This document shows, in pieces, positions 46,901-60,010 of a DNA stretch of 64,000 bases. The translations under genes were made by a program, and so were the position numbers. Source of the stretch: Lama guanicoe. Its lineage: Eukaryota. Below the pieces are notes generated by a model. It was given only the letters and a program-made list of their open reading frames with translations. It did not search any database and had not been told where the DNA came from. Numbering within the stretch: the stretch's first letter is position 1; each line of letters opens with the position of its first letter. The stretch spans positions 26,445,373-26,509,372 of the forward strand of contig MU055574.1 in NCBI GenBank assembly GCA_013239625.1, given 5' to 3'.

Positions 46901-47964
46901 GTGGGGAGAGCCGCACAAACCCTGGTGACTGGGAGAGAGGAAGGCTTGGGCCCACATGGCACCATTTACTTGTGGGGCTCAGGGTGTGATTACCCTCAGT
47001 GGGAGGGATTGAGGGCCCTGCCGAGGCACTGTCATGGTGGGTGTGAGTGCCAGTTATGGAACCAGTCGATTTCCGAGCCCTCCGGGTTGCGGCTGCCACT
47101 GTAATTGGACTTGGCAGAGGCCATCGAAGGCAAACACACTAGTCCACGCAGGCCTCGGTGATGCAGCAGGCCTGCCGACGCAACAGGGCGTGAGGCCAGC
47201 CGAGGACGTCCAGGCAGGAGGCGAGGGCAGTACGCAGGACGGGGCGAGCAGAGAGAGGGCACAGACGGACATGCCAGGCTGGGTCTGTGACAGACTTGGG
47301 GACGTGAACACTGCCCGCAGGTTAGGTGCTCCTGGGAGGCAGGCTCGCTTGGGGGACGTGGACCTACAAACGCCACGTGGGATGTTCCATGGTGTCACTC
47401 ACACTGTGGCAAAAACCTCCTTTCCCCCTTAGGTCAGGACTCGGAGGCCTGAGACCCTCTTCGTGGGCGGCGCTGGCCTGAGGGGCGTGAAGTCGAGCGT
47501 GGCCAGTCAGGCTCCCGTCCCGTCTGCGTGCATCACAGGTCGTGGTGGGATTGCTTGTTCGGTGGGTCGCATGTCTCGCTGGACAAGCAGGAAGAGACCC
47601 CTGAGCATCTGCTGGGCGCCGGGCCGTGGGAGCTGAGGGCAGACTGTCGCCTGTACTGGCTTCCTCGCCGAGTCTGTTACTCTCCGTCCTCAGACTCACC
47701 ACGGGAACAGAAAACACTGCCCAGTACGATGTGGCTGAGACTTTCTCATATCCTGGGGCTCCTGTTTTATTCCCAGCAGGAGGCACCTGGGCATTGGTTT
47801 GTCCTCTGGGACCCTTGGCACACGCTGAGGCGGGCTCTGGCACGCGTGTCCACGGGCGGTGCGCCTTCCCGGGACGGGCAGCCGCGCCTCAGGGACGCTC
47901 TCCCAGCTGCTCCCCGGCGGGGTCTTCTCGGGGGGCACCGCTGCTCGGATCTGCACCACTCACC

Positions 47965-49740
47965 TTAATTTTCCCCAGGCTAGAGTTTTGTCTAAATGGA
48001 ATGACTCCTGGTTTCTGCCTTTCCTACTCATTAGAATGGCTTCAGGATCCGCCCTGTCGGCCACACTTGTTATGCAATGACTCTGTGTGCACGATGCTGT
48101 ATTGTATGTCTGTACCCCACCTGTGCGTCTCCCAGCTCCTGGGTATTTAGTTGTTTCCGGGCTGAGGCTGTTATACGTAAGGCTGCCAGGTGCAGTCTGC
48201 CCCCGGGGTTTTGTGGACGTGTCTTAATTACTCTCTGGGGTAAACGCTTCCAGGTGGATCTTACAGTCGTGTGAGGAACACCGGCGAGCCCCAGGTTCCA
48301 GCGTCACCGGCGCCTGAGCGTGTCTCAGCAGGGCCCCTCCCACCGGCCTGCGACATCTCCTGAGGTACAGCTGCATTTCCCTGGTGACAGGGAGGCCCAG
48401 TGGTTCTCTCGCGTGCGTGTTGTTCAGTCGTACGCCCTTCGTTCTGAGTTGTCTGCCCCCCTCTTTGGCCCATTCATGTAGATCACTGTCTCTTGCGTGG
48501 GGCTGCTGGGCTGCTGACACAGCCTGCATCTCTGTCGGGCATGCGCCTCAGGGACGCCTTCTCTGCCTCTGGGCTTGTCTTTTCGCTTCCCTCACGATGT
48601 CTCTCGGCACATGTGAGTTTTAAAATGTATCGGTAGTGTCCCATTTGCCAAAGTTTCTTTTGTGACTAGGACTACCTGTGTCTGCCCTAAAAATCCTTCT
48701 CTAAGCCGACGTCACAGAGGTAGTCCACTGTATTTTCTTCCCAGGCTTCATACCTCTAGCTTTTGTTTAGGTCTCTTAGTTCATTTCAAAGGTGTGTGTA
48801 CAGTTTGAGGAAGGCTTTAAGAATTGCACGCAGCGAGCCCACTGTTCTGGAATCATCGGCGAGAAGATGGTCCCTTCCACCGACTTGTGTGGGCGCCTTG
48901 TTAAATACCAACTGAGCATGTGTTTTTGTGTCTGTTTATGAACTGTTTATTCTTTCCCATCGATCTATTTAACTACCCTCATCCCAACAACATACTGTCT
49001 CAATAAGCAGCTTTATAATTATTTTCAAGTAACGTGACAGTAGTCCACCAACTTCGTTGTCTTGGAAGAATGATTTGGATATTTTAGGTCTTTCGTATTT
49101 CCACGTAATTTTAGAACTAAAATGTCGATTTCTACAAAGAAGCCTCCTGGGATTTTGATAGGAATTATTTTGAATCGGTAGGTGAACTTGGGGAGAATTA
49201 ACTTCATGACGTTAGTTTATCCCTCTCTGCTTCGGTAGAGTCCCTTCAGTTTTTCTCAGTAATGCCTTTCAGGTTTCCACATCCTGCACGTCCTTTCATA
49301 AATGCACCCCTAGGTGTTGTGTGGTTTTGATGTCACTGTGAACGCCATTTAAAACTGTTGTCCTCCGGTCGTCACTGCTGGTCCGTAGGAGTTCAGGTGG
49401 TTCGCATACTGACTATCTCGAGCCCTTGCTGCATTTGCTTATGATTCCTAGCACTTTTTTTCTGTAGATGCTTCAGTTCCTTTCACGTGCAGACTCCTGT
49501 CGTGTGTAATTAAAGACAGTCTGCAGTTTTCTTTCCAGTCTCACACCGTTCTTTCTCTTGCCTGTTTGGCGCTCTCCGGGACCTCCGGCGTACCGGCGTG
49601 TGGAAGGCGCGAGGTTCTTTCCAGCCTTAGGGTGGAGGCACTCAGTCTTGTATCAGTGAGCACGGGGGGAACCGCAGATTTCATGTAAATACATTTTTAG
49701 CAGATAGAGAAGGCTTCCTTCAACCCTAGTTTTCTGAGAG
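47965..49740 (-). mobile_element. Old L1 (L1MC/ME-type) 3' UTR and ORF2, antisense
   Basis: Minus ORF 49025..49207 (ILPKFTYRFKIIPIKIPGGFFVEIDILVLK) matches the L1 ORF2 motif ILPK.IYRFNAIPIKIP..FF.E.; flanking DNA follows the L1 consensus to ..cctagttttctgagag. Confidence 0.85.
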
Positions 49741-52700
49741 CTTGGCCACTTAATTAACGCAGTAGCTCACCTTAATAAAAAAAATGAACCTAATTTTTCT
49801 TCGTCCAGAACCAAACAGTGTGACTGTCACTGAGAGCATGTGCTTCTAAGGCATGCTGTTGCGAGTATCTTTTCTAGTATTTTATGTTGCCCTTCAAATT
49901 TGCAAGACACTGTCCTTCTCTCTCAACACACTTGCCTTGCCCACCTCAGGGGCAGTGAGCCGGGGTGAGTCTGTTTGGCAAACGGTTTCCCCATTTCCAA
50001 GGCCTCCCTGAAGCCGGGGTGGAGGGGGGCTGGCCTGAGCCTGGGCTCGCCGTGCCCGTTGCACACCACGCCGTCCGCCATGTTTACCAGAGGATTCCAT
50101 CAAAACGCTTTGACTTTGAAAACTAAATTTGCTGAGTTGCTTCTTTGTGACTCAGCCTGGAAATGAACAGCGAGATGAGAATAAACAGAAAGCGGTGAGT
50201 TAGGCGTGAGTGGCCGTGTGTGTGATGGTCCAGCGTTGTGCGCACGTCAGGGCATGCTGTCCACACCTGCAGTAATTTCTGGGCAGTTTGTAAGGGGTGG
50301 CTCCTGGGAAATCGCAATGTTCCACACGTCTTTAAAAACAGGGTCTGTCCGGGAGAGAAGACTGTTCGCAGAGCAGACTATGTGAGGAGGGACACAGGGT
50401 GTCTTAGCAGGTAACGGCGTGGCGCCACTGTCCGCTGCAGCGGGGAGCACGCGCGCAGGGCTCGGGGGCAGTCCTCGCAGACGGTGCGGGGGCCCCCAAG
50501 GGCGGGGCCCACGAGGGAGCGAGTAGGGCCCTGAGTGCTGTATCCACAGCCGGGGGTGTGGGGATGGGCACGCAGACAGTTGTGAGCATTTTCGTTTTTT
50601 GAAAGAGCTTCTCAAGATTTCATTGCTGTCGGAAAGAGAACAGCACTGCCCTAACCGTCGGTGGGAAGTCCTCCAGAAGGAGGGCTGGCGGCAAAGCTGG
50701 CGGGCGTAGCCTGCGTCCTCCCGAAGCACGGCCCCGTCTGAAGTCCGTCGTCTGAGAACGGACGTGGTTCACTGCTGCTGCCTGTAAACTGCCCCGGTGT
50801 CATCACACTAAAATCAAGTGTCTTCCGTTCAGTGAGGTCACCGCGCAAGGGCCTTCCCCTTCAAGTTCCTAAATGTCCGGCGGACACTCTGGTTGTCAGA
50901 TTATCTGAACAAACTGTCAGGCACCTTGTAAGTCGCCCAGCTCTGCTAGTGTGGGAAGCAGGCCAATATTCTAACGGACACGCTACGAGTCTCCAGGGGT
51001 AACTTTCTAGAAACACGGAGTCGTTGCATGACTGTGGCACGCGACGTGGACGGAGCAGGCTGGAACTGCACTCATGTTTGTAGTCTAACACGTTAACGGA
51101 AAAACACAGAGGCAGACTGCCTCCCAGGTGCGGGTCACTTGTCAGAGGTCGCTCACAGCTCTGGGGTCTCCGAGCCACAAGTCTCCACCAGGTCGTGGGG
51201 CGAGAGCTTGGGCCTAGGAAAGCCTGCAGAGGACTGGCCGAGGAAGAAAGCACAGCGCAGCCACCGCAGCTACGTCGGGCGTCAGCGCGTTCCCGGTGGG
51301 CGCGGCGCCAGCAGGCGGACTGGGCAGGCCGAGGCGGGGAGCCGTCCAGGCTGCGGTCAAGCCGTGGCCGGGGGACGAGGGGTTAACACACTGAGTGGGG
51401 GGCTGCTCTTCTGCAAGGAGTTTTGAGGTTTGGCGGCACAAGTCACACGTGTAATTGTGAGAAACTGACCAGACACCTCGACCGCCAGACCCCGAAACAG
51501 AGAACTTGCAGCTGGAATCCTGACCTAAGTTCCTCCTCGTCTGTCACGCGAGCCTTGGTCGTCTCTCGGCTCGATGGGCCGGGTGATGAGGACAGCGCAG
51601 CGTAAGGCTGAGCGTCAGCGAACCTGCAGGTTATAGAAGACGCTGCCGTCTCCCCTCCCGGGGCTGGCTGTGTGGCCTTAGGGGAATCCGCGTTCGTGAT
51701 GCTGAATGTCCGTGAAGAACTCTTCAGGGTTGTGACTGGTTTTTCTCTGTCGGACCTTTCTGTGCCTAACGGGTCAGGTTACACTTCTGCTCAGTGGGGA
51801 TCATCCTTTGAACTCGCCGAGGGCCCTGCGGCTTTGTGTGCGCTATTTCGTTCGCCCAGTGAGCCTGCGCGGCAGGGGGCCAGGCAGGGAAGAGGACACT
51901 GAGTCTGAGATGAGAGCCTCGTAGAGTCGTCACACTGGTGATCCACGGACAGGGAACAGCCCAGCGTCTGACTCCTGGCCCGGAACTTGCCTTTCTCCTC
52001 CGAGAGACGCCGCCTCACGTAGCCGCCCCGTCTGTGATGACGGCCCAGGAGTTGTCCGTCCCCTTCCCGCTTCTCCAGACATAGGAACCTCATTTATGGC
52101 AAAGGCTTTTCTCTTTCCTTTCATCTCAAGCTATGTTCAGTCCTCTTCCACTAGGAGAAAAGTCTGTATTCAACCCAATCACCAGTTCTCAATAATCTCC
52201 CAGCTTCTCCTTTTCCCACAGTGTATTTCCAAGCGGAGATTCTCTGGGTGGTTTTCTTGGAGAAACTCAGTGGCTCATTCCCACACAGCTCTCCTGTCCC
52301 GGTCCCGGCCGCTCACAGCACAAGCCCTCCACTCGCTCGTCTTTTTCAGTCCTCCTTCCTTCTCACGTTAACTCCTCAACACAAACTATGTAGTTAAAAC
52401 CCTCCTGAATAGGAAAGAAAACAGAAACATTTTCATCTATTAAAGTGGACATTTTTCATGTGAGTTTTGCGAACATCAGTTGCTCTATTTTCCTGCTGAA
52501 TTCTTTCCAGAATCCCAAACTTTCCTTTTCGTCCATCGATGAATGCTCTTTTGGCACAGAGTCAAAACCAGCTTTGCTAAGATGACGATTGTGCAGCTCT
52601 GCCTTCGCTCCCCTGTGTGACCCTACTGGGTCCGCCGGCCGCAGGTGTCTCTGCTCCCAGCCACGCTTGCCTGGCCCTCAGCCGGCCGTGCCCTGGCCTT

Positions 52701-54059
52701 CCCCAGTCCCTCTCTGGTCCCCTCCTCCTGCTTTCCTGGCCCCACCGTTGTTGCTCGGGTCCTCCATGCTTTTACTTTCATTGAAAAGCCCCTTTCCCTG
52801 CACCCTTTTCTACCGCATCACGAGACCTCAGTGACATTTTTCTAAAATGTGGTTGAGACTTGTCTCCCTGGGCTTCGTCCTGGAGCCCCGCTTGCCTGCG
52901 TCTCGGTGATGGGACGCATCCAGTGTCGTGGGGACATCGGCCAGCTCATGTCCTTCGCTCACTGCTCTTCTCCGTTTACAGGTGTGATGGACGTCCTCCA
53001 CAGAGCCCGGGGCGTCTCTGCCGGGGAGGTTCCCGCTCCAGGAGTCACCTCTTTCCTTGACCCCGAGGGCCCCAGGGATGGGGCAGAAATGGGTGGTCTC
53101 TTCCGGGAGCTGGGCTGTCTCTGGAGGGAGGGTGACCTTCAGAGGGACACATCAGACGGCCCTTTGTCTATTCTCGGTGCCATTGTGAGTTTGTCTAAAG
53201 GAGATCTGCTTCCTTCAGAGTGGCCCTTACTTACTGTCAAATGTAACTGCATTTTTCCAAGAAGAGAAACTGGATGTCCCACATGGGGCCAGGTTTACCA
53301 AATACAATCGTGTGAGTTAGCAGTTCTCACTTCAGCCAGGATGTTTATATAAACAAACCACGGAATTTCTTCCTGCTTGGCAATGACGCTTCCGCATTTT
53401 ACAGCCCTCCAAGCAAATGTTAAGGGTGGGTGGACTTAATCGATCCTACTTTGCTTATGATGAGCTTTCAAACATGACGTAAAACCCTCAGAAGGGACAT
53501 TTCGAGAATTTTCCAGACCCACTTCTGTAGCTACAGTATGTCCTTGGAGCGAGCGTGAAGCATTTTGTGCCCAGACAGTCACACCATAAATTCTGTTCAC
53601 TAACAAAGCTGAAAAGGGGCCAAGAGAACAGGCAAGGGAGCAGTGTGCTTTGCAGGAGGGCTGCGGCCGGTCCCCCTGTGTCTGGGACCTGGGTGGGAAC
53701 AGACGCGCGGCCTGGGGGCTTTCAAACAGCCGGGGCTGGCTGGAGCTCCGCCCCCTCCCCCCTCCGTGTCTTCCCGTGACCTACGGTGGCGTGTTTGTCC
53801 CTTCAGAGAGAGAGAGGCGTCCCTGTCATTTTGTGCCATGCCGGTTTCCATGTTGCAGTTGGAGCAGATGCCTCTTTAAGATGCATGAGGAGTGGGTTTA
53901 TTTGCCTCTCTCTTTGCCGACTGAAGGTAGAGTGTAAAGCAATGCACAGCCGGCGGGGGACAGTCGGTGCGAAATTTTCCCGAAGTTGAGTGTGGCCGTT
54001 CTAACAGTGCAGCGGCCGTTAACTGTTCCGTGTATTGGGGTGGATTTGGGCTAGAACCC

Positions 54060-54830
54060 CCTCCGCGCTTGTCCCGTGACTCCCGGAGCGCCGCCCCGCC
54101 CACGTTCCCAGAGCATACTCGCCACTGATGGAAACCAAATGCCCCATCTTGACGCTGGATGCCTGTAGAATCGTAACTTGGCCATTTAACGTGCTTAACT
54201 TACAGACCAAAAAAAAAAGGAAAAAAAAAGAAAAAAAACCCACCAAAAACCAGAAATCTACTTCTGGATAATTCAAGCCACAGGGAAGTTCTTGGAATTA
54301 CGTGCTTGCCTCTGAGAGCGGACGGCCATTCAGACAGCTCGGAGTCCTGCGTGGGCTCCTGGATCCAGAGGCTCACGGACCACATGACGTCGGAGAGGGG
54401 ACCTGCTGGGGCCGCACCTGGCGGTCCGCCGTCGCTGTGGCAGGAGCCGGGCACTGCCTGGGACAGGGGTGCAAGCCTGGGCCCAGGGGCCACCGCTCCC
54501 CCCTCTCTGTCATTACACAAAGCGGCGTGACGGTCAGATTCGAACGATCCTACCAAAGGTCGATCGGGGCACAGGGCGGGGCGGCTCCACCTTCCACGTC
54601 CGTCTTAGGAGGCCGAGGCTGGCCTGGGGGCCGCAGAGGGGAGTGAGCGCCTCCTGCAGGAGCGGGGAGCCGCGGGCTGGCTTCCTTCTGCGCTCTTCCC
54701 GCGTGTGTGCGGGGCGGCCACTCCCGGCCCGCCGAGAGCCGAGAGCGGCGGCTGGCGATGCGGCCCGTAGACGGCCGGTCACGTCATTAAGCGGGTTGAT
54801 TATCCTCACGTTGCAAATGGAGTTACCAGA
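54060..54830. promoter_or_regulatory. CpG-dense intragenic segment with GC box, STAT, HRE-like and CRE-like motifs
   Basis: CCCCGCCCAC 54094-54103, TTCTTGGAA 54289-54297, TACGTG 54299-54304, TCACGTCA 54779-54786; dense CpG at 54660-54785. Confidence 0.3.
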
Positions 54831-57128
54831 GAAGTAAAATCCAGGTGGTTTTCCAGCTCTTAACGTCACAGGCACGAGTTACTGTTGCAAAACAAATGTA
54901 CTGAGTGCCTGTTACGTTCCAGGCGTTTCTTTAGTGCTGGAGAAACAATGAACCTGGAAGTCGAGTTCACAAAGCAGGGTCCCTGGGCCGCACCGCCCAC
55001 CGGGCCTCCTTCAGTCTTTGCCACACCACCCGCGTCGCCCCTGAGCCGGGCGTCCTGCTCCGAGTGGCATCTCGCCTCTGGCCTGGCAGCCGCGACCCAG
55101 AGGCACACGCCTTCCCAGCTCCCCGGTCGTCCCACCTGTTTGGTGCCACGTTTAGTCATAAAACCCCTGTAAACTGTAGTTAGTTTCCAAACAAAAGTAC
55201 TTTCTAAGCAGAAAATCGCTCCAAAGATTTTACTTAAAATAGATTCGCCCAATGTATTTGTTGTTTTCTTTTCCTTTTTAAGGAGAAATGTGAAGGTGAA
55301 AGAATGTGATTTTTTGACCCCAAAGACAGCTCAGGTGAGGGAGGGCCTGCTCTGGAACGTGTGGGGTCAAGGGCAGCTGTGTCTCAGCCGGGGTCTGCCC
55401 CCCGACCACCGGGCTGAGCCCCCGCAGCGCCTCCGGGGGCGAGAGGGCGGCCTGGTCCTGCCGCTGGCCCTTCCGTCCCCGAGACTCAGGGCTCCGTGGA
55501 CTGGCGGGTGGAAGCTCGACCCCCGAGCCTCCTGGTCCCAGGGTGAGTGGGGTGTTCCTTCAAGGTGACTCTGAGCCGAGGGTCGGAGGCCACGCCCAGA
55601 GAGACCCCATGCCAAGTCAAGGACGAACCAAACGCTAGCGCCCGCATTTGGGATTTTTTAGCACGAGTGGGGAGGAGATTTAACTTGCTGGTGTGAATTT
55701 TTAATGGCATGCGTTTAGGCTGGAAGGATTTAGAGCAGGAACGTTCGGAATACTCTCCGCCGAGTGTTTTCCGGATGGTACTTGAAGCCTCACGTGGATG
55801 TCTAGTGAAGCGTAAAGTGTTCTGCACAGTTTATTTTATTTGACTCAAATTCACTAGCATCTGCGGATCACTGCGTAGAGCGGACTCACTTGTGAGGCTT
55901 CGTGCAGGTGCCAGCTTCCTCTGCTCCGAGGTCAGAGCCGTGCTTCCTGAGAGATGAGGCTGAGGCGTGCGACACCCCAGGGTGGCTTCAGATTTAAATC
56001 GACGTGAGTCGGGTGGTGGGAGTCACATGTGGCCCGAGGCCGTGGGTGCCCGCGAGCGGGACTGGGGGGTCAGCGCATCGATGCCCAGGGTCCATTTCTG
56101 CACCAGCCGACTTTGCACTTGAAATCCCGGATGGGGTCACCTTGCTGTGTGTGACCTCCCTGCTGTCAAAAGTTGTGCAAACATTTAACTGAAAGGCAGA
56201 AGCCACCGGGGGCTGATGTGCCTCGTGTCCTCAGCTAACGTTCGTCTGCGTCTCTGTTCTGCTTTCCCAGAGGAGTCTAGGGCAGCTTTTTCACCTGGCG
56301 TTTCAGCAGTTAGCCGCCTGCCATCTCCTAGAGCTCGCCCAGGAAGGAGCCCCGCACGTCTGTCTGTCTGTCTGCGTGTCTGTGTCTGGGTGTGTATAAG
56401 TGCGTGTGTCTGTCTAAACCCACACATTCTAAGGCATCCTCAGTCCATTCAGGGCGGAAGATGGATCTGTTAGATCGTGTCTAAACACAAAAAAGAGACT
56501 GAGTTTATTAACATAAACAGACAGAAGCCTTCAGACATTGAAATACTGGGTGCTGGAATTTTTCGAAGTGACTATTTTGTCGTCGTGGGAATGAGTTGAG
56601 AACTCACATAGCTCCCCGCCTGGACGCGGCTCTCAGTAAGAGGTCCTCTTCTCGAGTGATTTCCAGGCACACAGCCTGTTTCAGAAACACTGCAGCGGAG
56701 ACGTCTGGAGCTGGTCGCTTCCACACTTAACTTCACCAGACCTGGGGGAGGTGAAGGCGGGAGGGTGGCTGTGCTCCCCAGACTCTGATGAGGGCGTGTG
56801 GTTGATGGACAGCAGGTCGGGGCTGTGGCCAGAGGGCCCAGCAGGGCTCAGTGGGACTAGACCCCGTATCTGCTGACTGCGACCCCAACTTGGGACCCAG
56901 AGCAGAGGACTGTGGCTGTTCCTGGGGTCTGGGTCCCACCTGTGGCCTCCTCAGTCCACAGGGCATCAGATCCACTTGTGGACATGTCCACAGTGACCGT
57001 CACTCTGATCCGCGAGAGCCCTCCTGCCCTTCCCCTCCTGGGGGGCCCTCCCTATGTCCCGTCCCTGCCCAGGCTCTGTGTGGACTGGTCTCAGCCATGG
57101 GCTCACCCTTGTCTCCTTCTCCCCGCAG

Positions 57129-57315
57129 CATCCTCGTGTGACCAGGAGCAGCAGTCGGCCTTGGAGGAGGCCAGGCAGCCGAAGAATGACAATGTGGTCA
57201 TCCCCGAGTGTGCCCACGGTGGCCTCTACAAGCCGGTGCAGTGCCACCCCTCCACCGGCTACTGCTGGTGCGTCCTGGTGGACACTGGACGCCCCATCCC
57301 CGGCACGTCCACCAG
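57129..57315 (+). CDS. SMOC2: SMOC2 exon 8, thyroglobulin type-1 domain 2 (ASSCDQEQQSALEEARQPKNDNVVIPECAHGGLYKPVQCHPSTGYCWCVLVDTGRPIPGTSTR)
   Basis: Acceptor tctccttctccccgcag|CA, donor CCAG|gtaaag; 187 nt, phase 1 to 2; inside ORF 56912..57319. Confidence 0.97.
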
Positions 57316-59689
57316 GTAAAGCCGCTCTCAGTGGGGCCGGGAGAGGTGTGGTGAAACCCAGAAAGGCAGAGCCCCTCGGCATCCCTGCGCCCAGGCCTCA
57401 CCCCACTGCTCTGGGTGGGGTGCCTGTGGTCTTGAGGGCAGTGGCCGGGGAGCTGGGGGCACCGAGTCCCTGACATCACCAGGAGCTGATAGTGGGGTGA
57501 CGCTCGGAATGTGTCCCATGCCAACAGCAGCTTCTCTTGACCCCAGTTTTGGTAAAGGGAGGCCCACATTCCACAAGAACCGGTCGCCCAGAATGGCTCT
57601 CTGTTCACAGTCAAAGCTGTGTGTGTCCTGAAATCACCACTTAAAAAGGAGGACAGCCCGGAGTCAGGAGGAGCAGCAGGCCTTCAAGGGCCTGAAACAC
57701 GAGCCTCCCTGCTCACTCGCGTTTTGTGTGAGTTCCAGCAAAGCACGCGGTCTCAGGGCAGCCCCAGGGGAGCACCTGCCGTCCATTCCTGGAAGTCGAG
57801 TGAACGCGAGTGAGGATGGTTTTGCGGCTCTTTGTTACATGAGTTGCCCTTTGGTTTTTCATAAATTTGTGTAAAAACCGTTTACCAATATAGGAAAATG
57901 TTCTCTCTCAAGGGTGATCAGATCGAGGCACTGGTTTCACCTGGGCGCAAGCACTGTGATGCGTTCTAGGTTTTACCCAGTTTCTCAAGTGCGACCATGA
58001 CGCGCACAGAAGGGAGAGACACACCCAGGTGGATTCGGGAGCCGGAGGACAGGAAGCCAGCTGGCGTTTCCACCTGAAGTCCAGCACACCCGGAGCCCCG
58101 TCTGGCTGGTTTAGGGGGCCCCGCTCTGGGAGTGGGGGCCACAGGCTCCCCCAGAGCCCGCTTCTAGGACGGTTGGGGCGTCCCGCAGGCTCGGTCTCAG
58201 GGCCGGCGAGGTGCATCCTGGGCTGTCAGACCCCGACTCCTCGCTGGCTCTGAAGGGATGAGGCCGAGCGCACCGCATCGACCCTGCAGAGCTTGTGAGC
58301 GTTTCTGTATTACAACCGGACAAGAAACAGAAGACGCCCTCCTCCCTCCCCCGCCCTGATTCCATTCTGCCCAGACCTTCTGGGTGTTCCTGCCAGGGAG
58401 CAGAGTCCCGGGGTCTCATTTTCCCGATGGGACGAAGTGACCCCTCCTCCCCGAGTTTCAAGAAAGGGCATTAAATCAGACCCGGGGGGAGGCCCCCAGA
58501 CCCCCGCGTGCGTCTCTCTCCCCTGCTCTTTCTTCACCGAGGCTGACTGTCCGCACCCTGATGCTGTCAGGACTGAGAGGCATGCAGGGCGAGCAGAGAA
58601 GGGGTCCTGTCCGGGCTCCATGCTGGGTTTGGGGACAGAAACGCTGACGTCGGGGTCCAGTCCTGTTTGGGGATGTTGGGGAAACAGCATGTTGACCCGC
58701 AGGACTGCCGTCCATTGCGGCCACCACGGTCCCCACACCCACCCAGCCTCCAGGTGACCAACTCCCAGGGTCCCTGGAGAAGCGTTCGCATCTCTCAGCA
58801 GTTGAGGGGGTGGTTTTAATGAGCTACTTCCTTCTCCCTGCCCTGTCTCTCTCATCACCAGCTCACTCCGCGCCCCATTCCTCTCCTGGCACCAGAAGCT
58901 CACGCAGCCATGACAACATGATTTGGCTTTTTTGACGGCAAGGAAAGCCTTCCCCGTGGACCCTCAGTGGACCTCCCCTCACTCCACTTGGCCAGAATGT
59001 CACCTCTGGCCAGGCCCACCACGGGTAGGGGGAGGGCCACGGGGGCCCACCGCTGAGCTCCCAGGCTTGGACCCGGCCACCCCCTTGACCCCCGGGGCCA
59101 CACAGAGCAGATTCTTTGAGTGACAGAATTGATGCCATCTCCTAGTAGCTCTGAACGCCCCACGCCCTGGCACCTGACTGCTCACGTCTTACTCAGAAAC
59201 ATCTGACTTCCCTCGATGGTGCGGCCCCAGCTCCAGGGCCGGGGAGGCGCAGGAGCGAAATGCACAGAGGTCTGCAGCGCCGGGGAGCCTGCGTTCTGAC
59301 GGGAGGAACGGAATGGTAGCCAAGAACAAGTGGATGACAAAGCCCGGGAGGAAAGCAGACGAGAACTAGGGCGGGAGAGCGGGGGTGCGACTTGAACGGA
59401 ACGGTCAGCACGCTTCCTGACATGGATGTCGGGGTCCAGTCCTGACGAGGCGGGGCAGCGAGCCAGTGACATCTGCGGGGATGGGGGCGTCCAGACAGAG
59501 GGGGCGAACGTGCCCCCCCCCTTGCACAGTGCGGCCCCAGAGCCGGGTCGAGTTCAGTCTGGGCCAGAAGGCGGCATGTGCCGGTTACTAGGAAGCGCTC
59601 TGTTTCAGTTCTGGTGCATTGGCAGGCGGGCTTTGGCCGTGAAGGGCTGTGCTGTCTGAAGGAGAGCTGCAGAGATGGGGACGCGCCCC

Positions 59690-60010
59690 TGCAGTTGATA
59701 CTGTGACTTGGAGATGCCACTGAGGACACAGAATCTCCAAATCTTTCCTCTGACATCCTTGCTCTGCTGTCTTTGCCCTTGGACGGACTCCCCTCATGGT
59801 CACAAGATGGCTTCAGGCATCCGGCATCTCATCCACACACCGCATGCTCAGAGGACACACAGCCCCTCCCTCTCTCTCTCAGGAAGCCCCCTTGCAGATC
59901 CTATTCAGGGGTCACTGGCCATAATTGGGTCCTACGACCAGGGCTAACCCATCACTGGCAAGAGAAGTGGAACTGATCCGAGTGATCTCCAGGGAGACCT
60001 GGATGCTAGG
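59690..60010. mobile_element. MLT1 (ERVL-MaLR) LTR remnant in intron 8
   Basis: ctcccctcatggtcacaagatggct..catctcatcc..caggaagcccc..tcactggccataattgggtc..ctaacccatcactggcaag. Confidence 0.7.

Noticed and set aside
49025-49207. ORF resembling L1 ORF2 as an active gene
   Set aside because: A 60-aa remnant within a decayed antisense L1.
30527-57128. AG|GT recursive-splice candidates in the 26.6-kb intron 7 (near 31846, 47432, 52981)
   Set aside because: The reconstituted donors are weak and such motifs are expected by chance.
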